From Vicinamibacterales bacterium (GTDB lineage: Bacteria; Acidobacteriota; Vicinamibacteria; Vicinamibacterales; UBA8438), in contig CBDBMY010000008.1 in NCBI GenBank assembly GCA_965207675.1, positions 344,291 to 408,290 of the forward strand: a DNA stretch of 64,000 bases. The letters are read 5' to 3'. The first letter of the stretch is position 1, and every line of letters begins with the position of its first letter. The position numbers were made by a program, and so were the translations under genes. This document shows positions 46,087 through 55,300 of the stretch, one piece after another. The notes below the pieces were generated by a model that worked only from the letters and a program-made list of their open reading frames with translations, did not search any database and was not told the DNA's origin.

Positions 46087-46488
46087 ATGACAACCACTGA
46101 CGAATCGACGAGGGCGGAGCACGCCACGCTGCTGTCCGCGGTCCACGAATCGGTCCGACACCACGGCCGCCTCGAACGCATCCAAGACCGGACCCACCAC
46201 TGCAGCGCCGTCATCTGCGCCATCGGCGGATCGGCGACCATCATGCTCATCGTGGCGGAGCTTCCGAACGACTGGGCGTGGCTTCCCTTCGCGACCGCGC
46301 TCCTCGCCGCCGCCGCGAGCTCGACGGCGCTCATCCTCGACCCGACACGCAAGGCCCGGACCCATGCGACACTCGCACGTCGCTACCTCGCACTCGAGTA
46401 CGACATCGCACGAACCGGATCGGACATCACCGCCCAAGAACTCGCCGTGTTCCGATCACGGCGAGTCCACATCCAGAATGACAACTGA
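46087..46488 (+). CDS. Small two-TM protein (SLATT-like layout, unverified)
   Basis: An N-terminal helix (LLSAVHESVRHHGRLERIQDRTHH) is followed by two adjacent TM helices (CSAVICAIGGSATIMLIVAEL, WAWLPFATALLAAAASSTALIL) and then a C-terminal helix (ATLARRYLALEYDIARTG). Confidence 0.5.
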   Translation: MTTTDESTRAEHATLLSAVHESVRHHGRLERIQDRTHHCSAVICAIGGSATIMLIVAELPNDWAWLPFATALLAAAASSTALILDPTRKARTHATLARRYLALEYDIARTGSDITAQELAVFRSRRVHIQNDN

Positions 46489-47069
46489 ACCGGGCCGCAG
46501 TTCCCAGCAACGAAACAAGACCTCCCCCCCATCCTGCCGGACGGTCACCCAGGACCGACGTCTCCCACTCACAGCCTGAAACGACTAGAACATGGCGACC
46601 GAGCACGGGTCCGAACACGACCCTGCAAGCCCGCGGCCACGACCGCTGCCCCGCGGCCGCGGACAGGGCGACCACACGAGCTGAAAGCCGCGCCGCCAGG
46701 TACAACCCAACGGGCCCAAGCGCCAGCCGACGATCCCGTCGACAGCGAACCAGAACGACGTGACCAGCGGCCCGCCGCTGATCACACCGATGGAGCCCTC
46801 TCCGCCAGACCCCTACGGGGTAAGTACGGACCGGGACGCTCACGCACCCCACCCCGCCCGAAGCCCGCGTCGCCGGGCCAGGAGCACGAGGACGCAAGCC
46901 AGAGCCGCTAGAGGTGTTCAGGGAAGAACCGCGAGGACGAAACCGCGAAGACAGCCGAGCAGGAACGACCGAGTACCAGCGAGCAGACACGACCAGCAAT
47001 CAATCCGGGCCGAGCTGGGAGGACACGGCGGTGACTGAGCCCAAGCCCCGAGGCCGACGACGCCAGCGA

Positions 47070-47473
47070 TCAGTCCGTGTCGACGTCGGACGTCGGTACG
47101 ACGGGATCGAGTGGGACCTCTATGGTGCGAATGACCAGGTCGCTGCCTTCGTAACGCGCGGGGAGGACGACGGGCTCCCCGGTCGCCCGCAGATCCTCGA
47201 TTAGCTGGACCGCTCTCTCGCGGTCGAAGGTCAGGGCCCGAGATCCGAACTCTGCGGGAAGAAGGTGATACGCCGCGCCCTGCCGACGGCCTTGGCCACG
47301 TCCTCGAGGCCGGCCGCGGTGTAATCCGCGGGCAGGAGCGGGTCGGGAACCTCCTCGAGGAGGTCGCTGTTGCGAGCCAGTATCCGGTCGCCCTCGGTCT
47401 GTCCGCGGGCAGCCACTGACGCCCGGCGCCCACGGACGGGTCCGGACGGACCGCCGCTCGCCGCAGTCACCAT
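47070..47473 (-). pseudogene. Hypothetical gene split by a frameshift
   Basis: ..ILARNSDLLEEVPDPLLPADYTAAGLEDVAKAVGRAR (ORF 47231..47473) continues in another frame as AYHLLPAEFGSRALTFDRERAVQLIEDLRATGEPVVLPARYEGSDLVIRTIEVPLDPVV (ORF 47070..47513). Confidence 0.35.
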
Positions 47474-47526
47474 GAGAACTCCCCAAGGGCGGGGCGGCCG
47501 AACCCCGCGTCAAGACGCGGCCTACT

Positions 47527-48756
47527 CTATCGACCGTCCAGAGAACGCTCGGAGGGATCGACGTACCGCCGCTGGCGCCAGTGTTTCTCGAGCAACTCGA
47601 GGCCCCGCACGACCGCCTCCCGGGCCAGCACGCCCCTCGACGCTCCCGTGGCGAGCTCGAGTTGGTCGAGCTCAGCCGACTGTTCCTCGCTGACGTTGAG
47701 CGAGATGCGGACGGGGAAGTTCCCCGCCCGCGACATCGCCCTAACAGGTCTGCTCAGTGCCATGATGTTTGTCTCCCGCCCCCCCCCGGCGACCGCAACA
47801 CCGCGAGCCCCGCTCACTAGCGGCTGGGGGCCGCAGGGGCCGGCGCGTCCCTCGACTGTCTCTTTCCTAAGTATACGCTGGTGACTCGGACGCTGGACGC
47901 CGGCCGGCCTCTCGTCCGAAGACGCGCCCCCGCCCGGCTTCGCGAAACCGGAAACGCGCGCGGCCGCCCGAGACCCCGCGCTTGAGCCCGGGCCCGCTGC
48001 CCGGCGCTGGTAGCCCTTCTTCAGCTCGGCCGCGGTCTCCTCGATGCTCGCCCTTCGGGCAGGATTCGCAAGCTCCTTCTTGTAGCGGTCGAGAACCTTC
48101 TGCAAGCCCGCGCGCTGCACGCCGCCGCGCCCAGACTTGTTCGCTGCCACGATGTCGACCGCCGCGAGCGAAGCCGCGATCTCCCCGTCGCGCTTGCGCT
48201 CGGCGGGCGTCGGGTTCCACGCCGCCGGCTTGCCGGCACGCGCCGAAGCCTTGCCCGCAGCCGCAGCCCCCTCACCGGCCGCCGGTTGAGCCGCCGACCG
48301 CGGCCCCGGCGGCTCAGCCGCCTTCGCAGCCCGCCCAAGCGCCTCGACGCCATCCTCGGGACCCGACTTCACCGGGACCGCCGGGTCCGCCGCCTTCACC
48401 CCCGGCACAGCCTCGGTCGGCTTCGCGTGCAACACCGGCGGACTGTAGGAGATCGGCTTGTACCAAGGGTTCCGAACCCGGGCGGCAGTGAGCCGTCCAT
48501 CCTCTACGAGCTTCGAGTTGTCGACGCCCGAACCGCGCCGATCGTACGCCTTCCTGACATCGGCGGCCCGCGACGAGAACTCCTCGAACCCGAGCGCCCG
48601 CGACGCCAGGTCATCTCGCAGCGAGAGGTGTCGCCGGTCCTTCTGCGACGGCGGACGCGAGCCGCTGCCCCGCTCGGCCTCCGCCTTCTGCACCGAGGCG
48701 CCGAGCTTCCGGAGATCCCGTGCCTCGCGCGGCTCGGGACCGCCCCCGACGCGCAC
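47527..48756 (-). CDS. Long ORF: Lys/Ala-rich hypothetical protein ending in a ribbon-helix-helix module (may be two genes)
   Basis: The C-terminal 78 aa from internal ATG 47763 (MALSRPVRAMSRAGNFPVRISLNVSEEQSAELDQLELATGASRGVLAREAVVRGLELL) form an RHH module. The upstream part looks coding (..NPWYKPISYSPPVLHAKP..LQKVLDRYKKELANPARRASIEETAAELKKGYQ). No stop separates the two parts. Confidence 0.45.
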   Translation of the reverse strand: MRVGGGPEPREARDLRKLGASVQKAEAERGSGSRPPSQKDRRHLSLRDDLASRALGFEEFSSRAADVRKAYDRRGSGVDNSKLVEDGRLTAARVRNPWYKPISYSPPVLHAKPTEAVPGVKAADPAVPVKSGPEDGVEALGRAAKAAEPPGPRSAAQPAAGEGAAAAGKASARAGKPAAWNPTPAERKRDGEIAASLAAVDIVAANKSGRGGVQRAGLQKVLDRYKKELANPARRASIEETAAELKKGYQRRAAGPGSSAGSRAAARVSGFAKPGGGASSDERPAGVQRPSHQRILRKETVEGRAGPCGPQPLVSGARGVAVAGGGRETNIMALSRPVRAMSRAGNFPVRISLNVSEEQSAELDQLELATGASRGVLAREAVVRGLELLEKHWRQRRYVDPSERSLDGR

Positions 48757-49578
48757 CGGCTCGTCGAACGCGCCCTTGCCGGGATGAGTGACAGAAGCCT
48801 CTCGACCGACCGGCCCCCGAGGACCGACGCCACCGTCAACGAGTCGACGCCGGCACTGACGGTGACCGCACGGCCCTTCGCCGTCGACGCCTGGCGGGCG
48901 AGCATGTCGCGGGCCACGTGCGGGCCCGAATGCATCGCCCGCTTGAAGTCCCGCGCGAAGCGTCGGACCTCCAACTTGCGGCGCTGAGGCGGATCGCCGT
49001 ACGCAACCACCTTGGCGCGACGGCCCGCGGCCGTATAGACACGCTGCCCACGGGCATGCGCCGAGCGCTGCGCCAAGTCGACCCCCTCATCCGGCAAGCC
49101 CTTCTCGTGGAGCCTCACAACCAGCCCCGGCTCCCCTGCCCGAAGTAGTCCTGCCGATGCATCCCCAGCCCCCGCGCTCACCCGCGCGAAGCTGTAGAGC
49201 ATGACCGAGAGTAGGCGCCCGGTGCCCGGCCAGCGCGCCCGTGTCGATCGACCCGAGGAGCTTCCTCGCCTCAGCTGGCGAGAGGACCGGCGGCGCGCCC
49301 TTGGTGACGACGTGCTTCGGCCCGCGCACCGCGGCGGCAGGGTTCGACGGGAGGATCTGGCTGACGACGAGCCAGCCGCCGAGCATGCGGATCGCGGCCA
49401 AGTGCTGCTTCACCGTCGGGGCCGACCTGGGATGGGTTCGGATATAGGTGGCCACGTGGAGCGGGGAGACGTCGCCCAGCCCGAGACCTCGCGCCTTACA
49501 CCACCCCGCCCCAACCGCCTGGGGCTCCGCGTCGACGATCACCTGCGGCAGGACGATCGGCAGCCTCATCGACACCAA
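48700..49578 (-). pseudogene. Tyrosine integrase, frameshifted
   Basis: The SAM-like N-terminal domain is ..SPLHVATYIRTHPRSAPTVKQHLAAIRMLGGWLVVSQILPSNPAAAVRGPKHVVTKGAPPVLSPAEARKLL. After a frame change it reads ..MLYSFARVSAGAG..LVVRLHEKG... The catalytic HxxR..Y part is not recoverable in one frame. Confidence 0.6.
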
Positions 49579-49589
49579 ACCGCAACATC

Positions 49590-50069
49590 GCCATCCACGC
49601 CGAGCTGACCATCGCCACCACCATCGACGACCACAGCGTCGCCCTCCACGCGGAGACCGGCGAGGTGTTGTGGGATCCCGAGATTCTCGACTACCGGGTG
49701 AACCTCGCCAACCAGACCTCGGGGCCGATCACGGCCGGCGGCAAGGCGTCTCGGGGCGGAGCTGCGACCCGGGGCGGGCCGCACAGCTGCGCCATCACCG
49801 CCCACGACGCCGCCACCGGCGAGGAGCTGTGGCGGCGCCGGCTCATCCCCGAGCCCGGCGAGCCCGGGAAACGAGACGTGGGGCGCGGTGCCGTTCGAAC
49901 GCGCCGAGCCCGCTAGGGTCTAGGGTGCGGTGTTTATGCGAACGCCGGTGGCACGTCGGTCACCTCACCCGCGCCGAAGTTCATGCTGGGGGGCGCCGAC
50001 CTCGCGCACCTCGACCACAACTCGACCCTCGCCCTCGACGCCGACACCGGCGAGATCGCCTGGTAGTAG
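49590..50069 (+). pseudogene. PQQ-dependent dehydrogenase fragment (frameshift and stops)
   Basis: ..LHAETGEVLWDPEILDY..NQTSGPITAGGK..CAITAHDAATGEELWRRRLIPEPGEPG is followed by a 1-nt shift to ETWGAVPFERR, and later by ..LDHNSTLALDADTGEIAW and then TAG TAG. These are beta-propeller W-motif repeats typical of quinoproteins. Confidence 0.5.
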
Positions 50070-50511
50070 CTGAAGATCGAGAATACCGCAACAGAAACGG
50101 GCCTTCTTGGGGCTTCGTGATCACCGATAAACCACCTTTAGGACCACGCGCTGATTCCCGTCCACAGCGGTCCATGACAGTTCTCTCGGGGGCTCTCGGG
50201 CTCTCGGGCTGGCGGGTGTGTCGGGGTTGGGCTGTCGGGGTGGGGGGCTGTCGGCTTCTCGGGGGTCTGTCGGGGTCCGGTGTCGGGGCGTCGGGTGTTG
50301 GGGGGTCGGGGGGCAACCCGTTCGGTCGGGCCGGTATGCCGCAACGCCGCAGCCCGGCCATCCTGGTCGGACAGCGACAGGAAGCAGTTCCTCTCGTCGA
50401 CCGCCTGCTGATCGAAACCTTCGTGGAGGCCGCACCGCCTCGGCCGTGCGATGCAGCCGGAGCTGCTGGACGAGACTTCGGGCCTTACCACCGCGCGACC
50501 CGAGCGGTTCT

Positions 50512-50536
50512 GTCGAAGGCGTTGCGGGGCCGCAAG
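50512..50536. repeat. Left arm of the inverted repeat flanking the HEPN islet
   Basis: GTCGAAGGCGTTGCGGGGCCGCAAG is found here, and its exact reverse complement is at 51840-51864. A third partial copy (AGGCGTTGCGGGGCCGCAAGAGCGAGAAG) lies at 32079-32107 inside the IS110 remnant. Confidence 0.85.
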
Positions 50537-50659
50537 GGCGAGATGCGGGCGACGCCGCGCACCACCGTGGACCGTGCTCGCCGACCCCAGCCATGGGTCT
50601 CAACTCCGTGTTGACTGTCAGCATCGTTGTCGTCCGCCTTTCGGCCGCGCCTCTCGTAA

Positions 50660-51499
50660 TCACAGCAAGTCCTTTTTCATCCAACCAGGCATTGGTTCCG
50701 AACATCCGATCCGTAGCGATCCGTCTTTCGCCCGCTCCGAACAGAAATGCCCGATACCAGTAATAATCTCACTAGTGACAGCAAGGCAATGGTCGATGAA
50801 TACCGAAGACATGTAATATATCCACGGTTCATTATTAGACGTTGAGTTTGAAAACCACTCAACCGGCCAGCCTGAAGCACACAGCCTCTTCTCGAAATCC
50901 CTACGCTCCTCAACCGGCCACTCAAATCCGAAATGGAACATTTTGTTCCGATATGCAACCAGCGCCGACAACGTGGGCTCAAATTCCGGTGGCAGGTTCC
51001 GCACTAGACCAGTTGCATCTGCAAGTTGCACCACACCACCAACGACATTTTTGCGCCACTTGTTTTTCTCGCCCGCCACCCAGCGGCAGTTCCACTTTTT
51101 CTCATCTGCGTTCGACACCCCTAGCCTGTGATGCTCAGACAGTGGCGGACAGTTCTCTGTCAAACGTCCAATTTCCCGAAAAGTGTGGTCAAATATGGAC
51201 TCGACGAGTGGTGCAATCATCCCTATGGCAGCCATGCTATGGGCTGCCGCCTGATAGCTGCTCTGATACAAGTGCTCGATCCACAAATCCGTCGCGTGTT
51301 CACTGCGCGCACGCCTCGCGAATCCCTCGGCCCTCTTGATCTTGGCGTCTATCTCTTCTTCCGCCCGTCGGTGACTGCTAAGAAGCTCGACGATCGCTAT
51401 CAACTGCGACTCATAGTCCAGGTGCGGCATCACGAAGACCGCAGCATCCCTCTGCTCATCGTCTATATTGAGCCAGCTTAACGATTCCATCTCTGTCAT
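50660..51499 (-). CDS. HEPN-like (RNxxxH) Abi-type orphan protein
   Basis: This 279-aa ORF lies in a markedly AT-richer islet. ..LSALVAYRNKMFHFGFEWP.. carries the R-N-x3-H HEPN signature in a helical context. The N-terminal half is helical. I recognise no other family. Confidence 0.65.
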   Translation of the reverse strand: MTEMESLSWLNIDDEQRDAAVFVMPHLDYESQLIAIVELLSSHRRAEEEIDAKIKRAEGFARRARSEHATDLWIEHLYQSSYQAAAHSMAAIGMIAPLVESIFDHTFREIGRLTENCPPLSEHHRLGVSNADEKKWNCRWVAGEKNKWRKNVVGGVVQLADATGLVRNLPPEFEPTLSALVAYRNKMFHFGFEWPVEERRDFEKRLCASGWPVEWFSNSTSNNEPWIYYMSSVFIDHCLAVTSEIITGIGHFCSERAKDGSLRIGCSEPMPGWMKKDLL

Positions 51500-51839
51500 C
51501 GCAACTGTCGTCCTCTCTGTCGCATTGACCTCTATCCATACGGTCTTATTCGCAAATATTCACAGCAACGAGCGTCCCCCGCCCCTCCCCTATAACGATG
51601 AGGAACTATATCCGATAGTGGCCAAGGAGTAGGGGGCGGGCCTGCCGACCCGCTCGGGTGGGCGTCACCCCAACCGCCGCGTAGGGCTTCCCGCAACTCG
51701 AACATCCGCGCGCAGCGGCCGGCGGATGGCGCTCCTCGATGCGTTCCTCGAGTCCGGGTCGCGGCGTGCGCCCCTGGCCGGGAGCGCCGCAACGCTGGCC
51801 GCGAGGGCGGCCGGTGCCCGCCCTCTCCCGCTTCTCGCT

Positions 51840-51864
51840 CTTGCGGCCCCGCAACGCCTTCGAC
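51840..51864. repeat. Right arm of the inverted repeat flanking the HEPN islet
   Basis: CTTGCGGCCCCGCAACGCCTTCGAC is the reverse complement of 50512-50536. Weaker similarity extends ~15 bp on both sides. Confidence 0.85.
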
Positions 51865-52010
51865 AGCTCCCGCAGCGGTCGAGCGGTCTGAGCTGACGAG
51901 CTGTCGGAGCTGTCAAAGCTGTCAGGCCGTCTCAAGCTGTCAAGCTGTCGATTCCTCCAACGGCCGGGTGTCAAGTCCGTCGAGCCGCCGCCCGCCAGAG
52001 CGCTTGGGAG

Positions 52011-52307
52011 CTACTTCTTGGCGGCCTGCTTCCTCCGTGCGGCCCAGTAGGCGGTCATCCGTTCCGACACCGCCTTCTTCTCCGCCGCCGTCATGGGCCG
52101 GCGCTTCCTCTCGGGCTTGACCTCGGGCTTGCTCTTCGTGGCGGCGGTCGCCTTGCTGGCCGAGGAAGAGCGGCGCGACCTGGACGGAGACGATGGCGCG
52201 ACGGACCCTCCAAGGATGCGCTCGACGTCGGTCAGCGCCTTGATCTCCGTCTGGAGGCGGTCGATCTCGCTTTGGCGGTCGGCAATGGCCTGTGCTATGA
52301 CACTCAT
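52011..52307 (-). CDS. Small coiled-coil protein with basic C-terminal tail
   Basis: MSVIAQAIADRQSEIDRLQTEIKALTDVERIL is coiled coil. It is followed by a Ser/Lys-rich linker and ..RRPMTAAEKKAVSERMTAYWAARRK. The gene starts 51 bp downstream of the helicase gene on the same strand. Confidence 0.6.
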   Translation of the reverse strand: MSVIAQAIADRQSEIDRLQTEIKALTDVERILGGSVAPSSPSRSRRSSSASKATAATKSKPEVKPERKRRPMTAAEKKAVSERMTAYWAARRKQAAKK

Positions 52308-52358
52308 GGCGATGGAGGGTAGTGGTCCTGCGGTAAGAATGTCAACGTCGGCGCGGGT

Positions 52359-55300
52359 TCAGGTCGCGGTTGCGGCGGACTTCCGGGGCGGTCTCTTCTG
52401 GATCTCGTCGAGGAGTTTCTCGAGCCGGTCGCGCTCGCCGTTCCGGAGTCGGCGGTTCTGCCTGGGAGGTCTCTCCGCGACCAGGGCCTTCAGCTTGAGC
52501 AGCCATTCGAGGTCGGCCCGGATCTCTCCTTCCGCGAGTTCGACCGCCCGCTCCCACGCGCCGGCGTTCCGGAGCACCCGCAGCACGTCCCTGGGCCTGT
52601 TGGCCCGTTCGTAGGCCTCGGCCGCCTCCCACGGGCGTTCCTGGGCCTCGCGGAGACGGCCGAGCCGTACGGGGTCGGGCCGGATCTTGTCCAGCAGGGA
52701 CTCGGCGTCTCTCAGTCGAGACCGCCGCTCGGCGGCGGGTTCGTCGTGGCCGCCGCTCGAGAGAACGGTGTCGAACGCCTTGGCGGTCAGGGCCTTGGCC
52801 CGCGCCTGAACGTCTCCGGCGTAGCCGGTGATCCGGAGCCACGTCTCGACGAGGCCGGGATCGGGTTTGGCGAACAGCAGCGCGGTGTCGGGGTCGGCGG
52901 TGCCAGCCGTCAGCCCGTCCCTGAGGGTCTGAGCGGCTGAGAGCAGCGCCGGCCGCAGCCAGCTCTCGCCGTCGGTCTGGAGCGTCCTCAGTCGCCGGAC
53001 CGCTTCGAGCAGTGCGAACGGCGGGATTTCGTCCCGGTTCGCGGTCCAGTAATCGAGTTCGTCGAGTGCCCGGGCGTGCTGCTTCTGGAACATGTGGGTG
53101 AGCGCCCGCGGCTGCGGCTGTTCCTCTCCAGGCGGTTCAGGTTCTTCTCCGGGCTCCAGTCCGCTCAGCGTCGGTTGGTTCGGGCGTTCGTGCTGGTTCT
53201 CGGCGGTTCGGCTTGGGGTGAGCGGCCCCGGTTCGAGCCCCGTAATGGCCTGGTAGCCCATCTGCGTGATCTGGTTCCGTGGGACGCCTTCCGGTACTCC
53301 GTCCACCATGAGGCGTGCCGCCGTCTCGAGCAGCGTGCGACGGGCGTCGTCTCGAACCGCCTGATCCGCCACCCCGTTCGGCAGTTCCCTGTCGCCGAGC
53401 AGGCGTACCGCCTGGCAGGCTCTCTGCCATGCCCGGTGCGGCGCGGCGTCAATCAGTCCCCGCGCATCGCTCGTCCGGGCGAGCACGCGCTCTTCGGGGG
53501 ACGCGTCGGCGTGCGACAGGTGGTCGAGCAGGTCGTCGGGGCTGTACGGCGCCGGGTCTCCGAGCAGAGCGCCGCTCAGGCGCAGGTCGGCCTCGCTTCC
53601 CATGACGTCGATGAATACCAGCGTCTCCGTCGCGCGGCTCAGCGTGACCCGCAGGTGGTCGATGGCCGTACGGGTGGCGGGCTGATCGAGCTCGGCGTCG
53701 CTCCCGTACGCCCGGTTCCCGGGCGAGAGACTCGAGAGCACCGGGCCCGGGTCGAGCACGCACACCGACTGGTACTCCAGGCCCTTGGCCTCCGCCGGCG
53801 TGAGCACCATCGGCCGGAGTTCCATGGGCACCCACGGGGGAGCGTCGTCCCTCGGGGAGAGGACCGCGACGTCGCCGGTGTCGTCGAGCCCCTCGAGGAG
53901 CCGTACCGCCTCGGCCGCTTCGGGCACATGGACGTGGATCAGCTGCGCGTCGACATGCTCGGCGCTCCTCTGTCGGTGCTGCCTGGTCGGGCGGGCCTCC
54001 TTGTCGACGACGGTGTAGTGTTCGGACGCCCGGTCCACCACCTCGGCGATGCGGCTCGGGCAACGGAGGTGTTCCTCAAGGCGGAACTCGGCCGGCCGCC
54101 GCACGCGCCTGCTCAGCAGGTCGTTCAACGGCGCCCATTCGAAGCTCGTGGGTCTCACCGTCTGTCCGGCATCGCCCGCCATCAACAGCCACGGAGAGTA
54201 ACCGCGGGCTCGTCCGATTGCCCGGCACAGTTCCACGACGACTGCGGTCTCGAGAAGTGTGAGGTCCTGGACCTCGTCGACCACGATGCGGTCGAAGCTC
54301 TCGAATCCCTCCGGGATCTGGTCCTGGCGCAGCTGATCGACGGCCTCGGTGGCGGCGGCGAGCTCCGGGAAGATGTCCGTCAGCCGGTCCCGGTCCCGCA
54401 AGAGTGGTTGGGTCACTCTCAGGAGGGCCTTGGCGGCCTTCTCGCCCACGCCCTCGTAATCGCCCCGCAGCTCGGCGTACGCGTCGTCGTGGAGGCGGGC
54501 GATGGCGCCGTTGCCTGCGTCTCGTGTGTTGCCGGGCGCGGCCCGGCCGAAGAAGAAGCCGCGCAACTCGGCGTGGAGCGCGTGCGGTCGTCTCGCCCAC
54601 GGGCCGGCGTCCCGGCCGAGTCTCGTCAGCGCGTCCCGGAACTTCTTCCGGCTCTCGCCGAGCGTCTGCCTCGGCACGTCAGCCCGGCGGAGCTCGCCTA
54701 GAAAAGTGGCGAAGTCCCGGGCAACGATGTCGACCCCGACGGGAGCGAAGGACCTGAACCGTTCCTCGGCGTGACGCGTGAGAGCGCTCGACCACGTGAG
54801 GTACAGCACCCGCTGGTCGATCCGGGCCTCGACCGCCTTCCAGAGGACCGTGGTTTTCCCGGACCCCGGGCGTCCGATGATCACGCGGACCGGAGTCTGG
54901 TCGTCGACGAAGTCGATCTGCTCCCTCGTCCAGGGGGAACCGGCGATGTCCTCGATCAATTCGTCCGATGTCGCCAGGTGCAGATAGTCGCCGAGGGGGC
55001 CGGTCGCGAGCGGGGAGTGGTCGTCGTGATGTCTCACGTCCCGGACGACAATGGCGTTCTCCGGCAGCTGGAGGCCCTGAGCGCGCGGGCTCGAGGCCGG
55101 CGTCCACCACAGGTAGTACTGCATGCCGTTGTTGCCGCCCAGCGGGGACCGGCGCCACCCCTTGTTCTCGTTCGCGCAGCCCTTGACGACGGTCGACCGG
55201 CCATGGGCGGCCAGGTGCTGGAGCACGATGCCCAGCCGCCTGTAGAGGTGGGTCCAGCCCATCAGTCGTTCCGAGATGTCCGGGTGCACGTGGAGCGGGT

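Noticed and set aside
15219-50069. Recurrent in-frame TAG codons in otherwise conserved genes (15219 VWFA remnant, 27365 istA, 44794 ssb, 50064/50067 PQQ fragment) as a hint of amber reassignment or readthrough
   Set aside because: Confident intact genes also terminate with TAG (10217-11383, 52011-52307, IS3 orfB). The affected loci additionally carry frameshifts and deletions. The replaced residues are not consistent, with W/Y-like positions in some and acidic positions in another. Ordinary pseudogenisation is the simpler explanation.
49579-50140. A tRNA or tmRNA gene as integration target next to the integrase remnant
   Set aside because: I could not find any cloverleaf-compatible sequence with a GTTCGAATC-like T-arm. 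The flanking DNA instead translates as PQQ-dehydrogenase fragments.
50495-51870. The peptide ..SKALRGRK(S/G)E.. encoded by the inverted-repeat arms (and at 32080) as NUMOD3-type DNA-binding motifs of a homing endonuclease
   Set aside because: The conserved stretch is only ~25-40 nt and contains a hairpin (CTTGCGG-CCC-CGCAAG). It has no surrounding ORF conservation. One copy lies antisense inside an IS110 remnant. It is more parsimonious to read it as a nucleotide-level repeat than as a protein motif.
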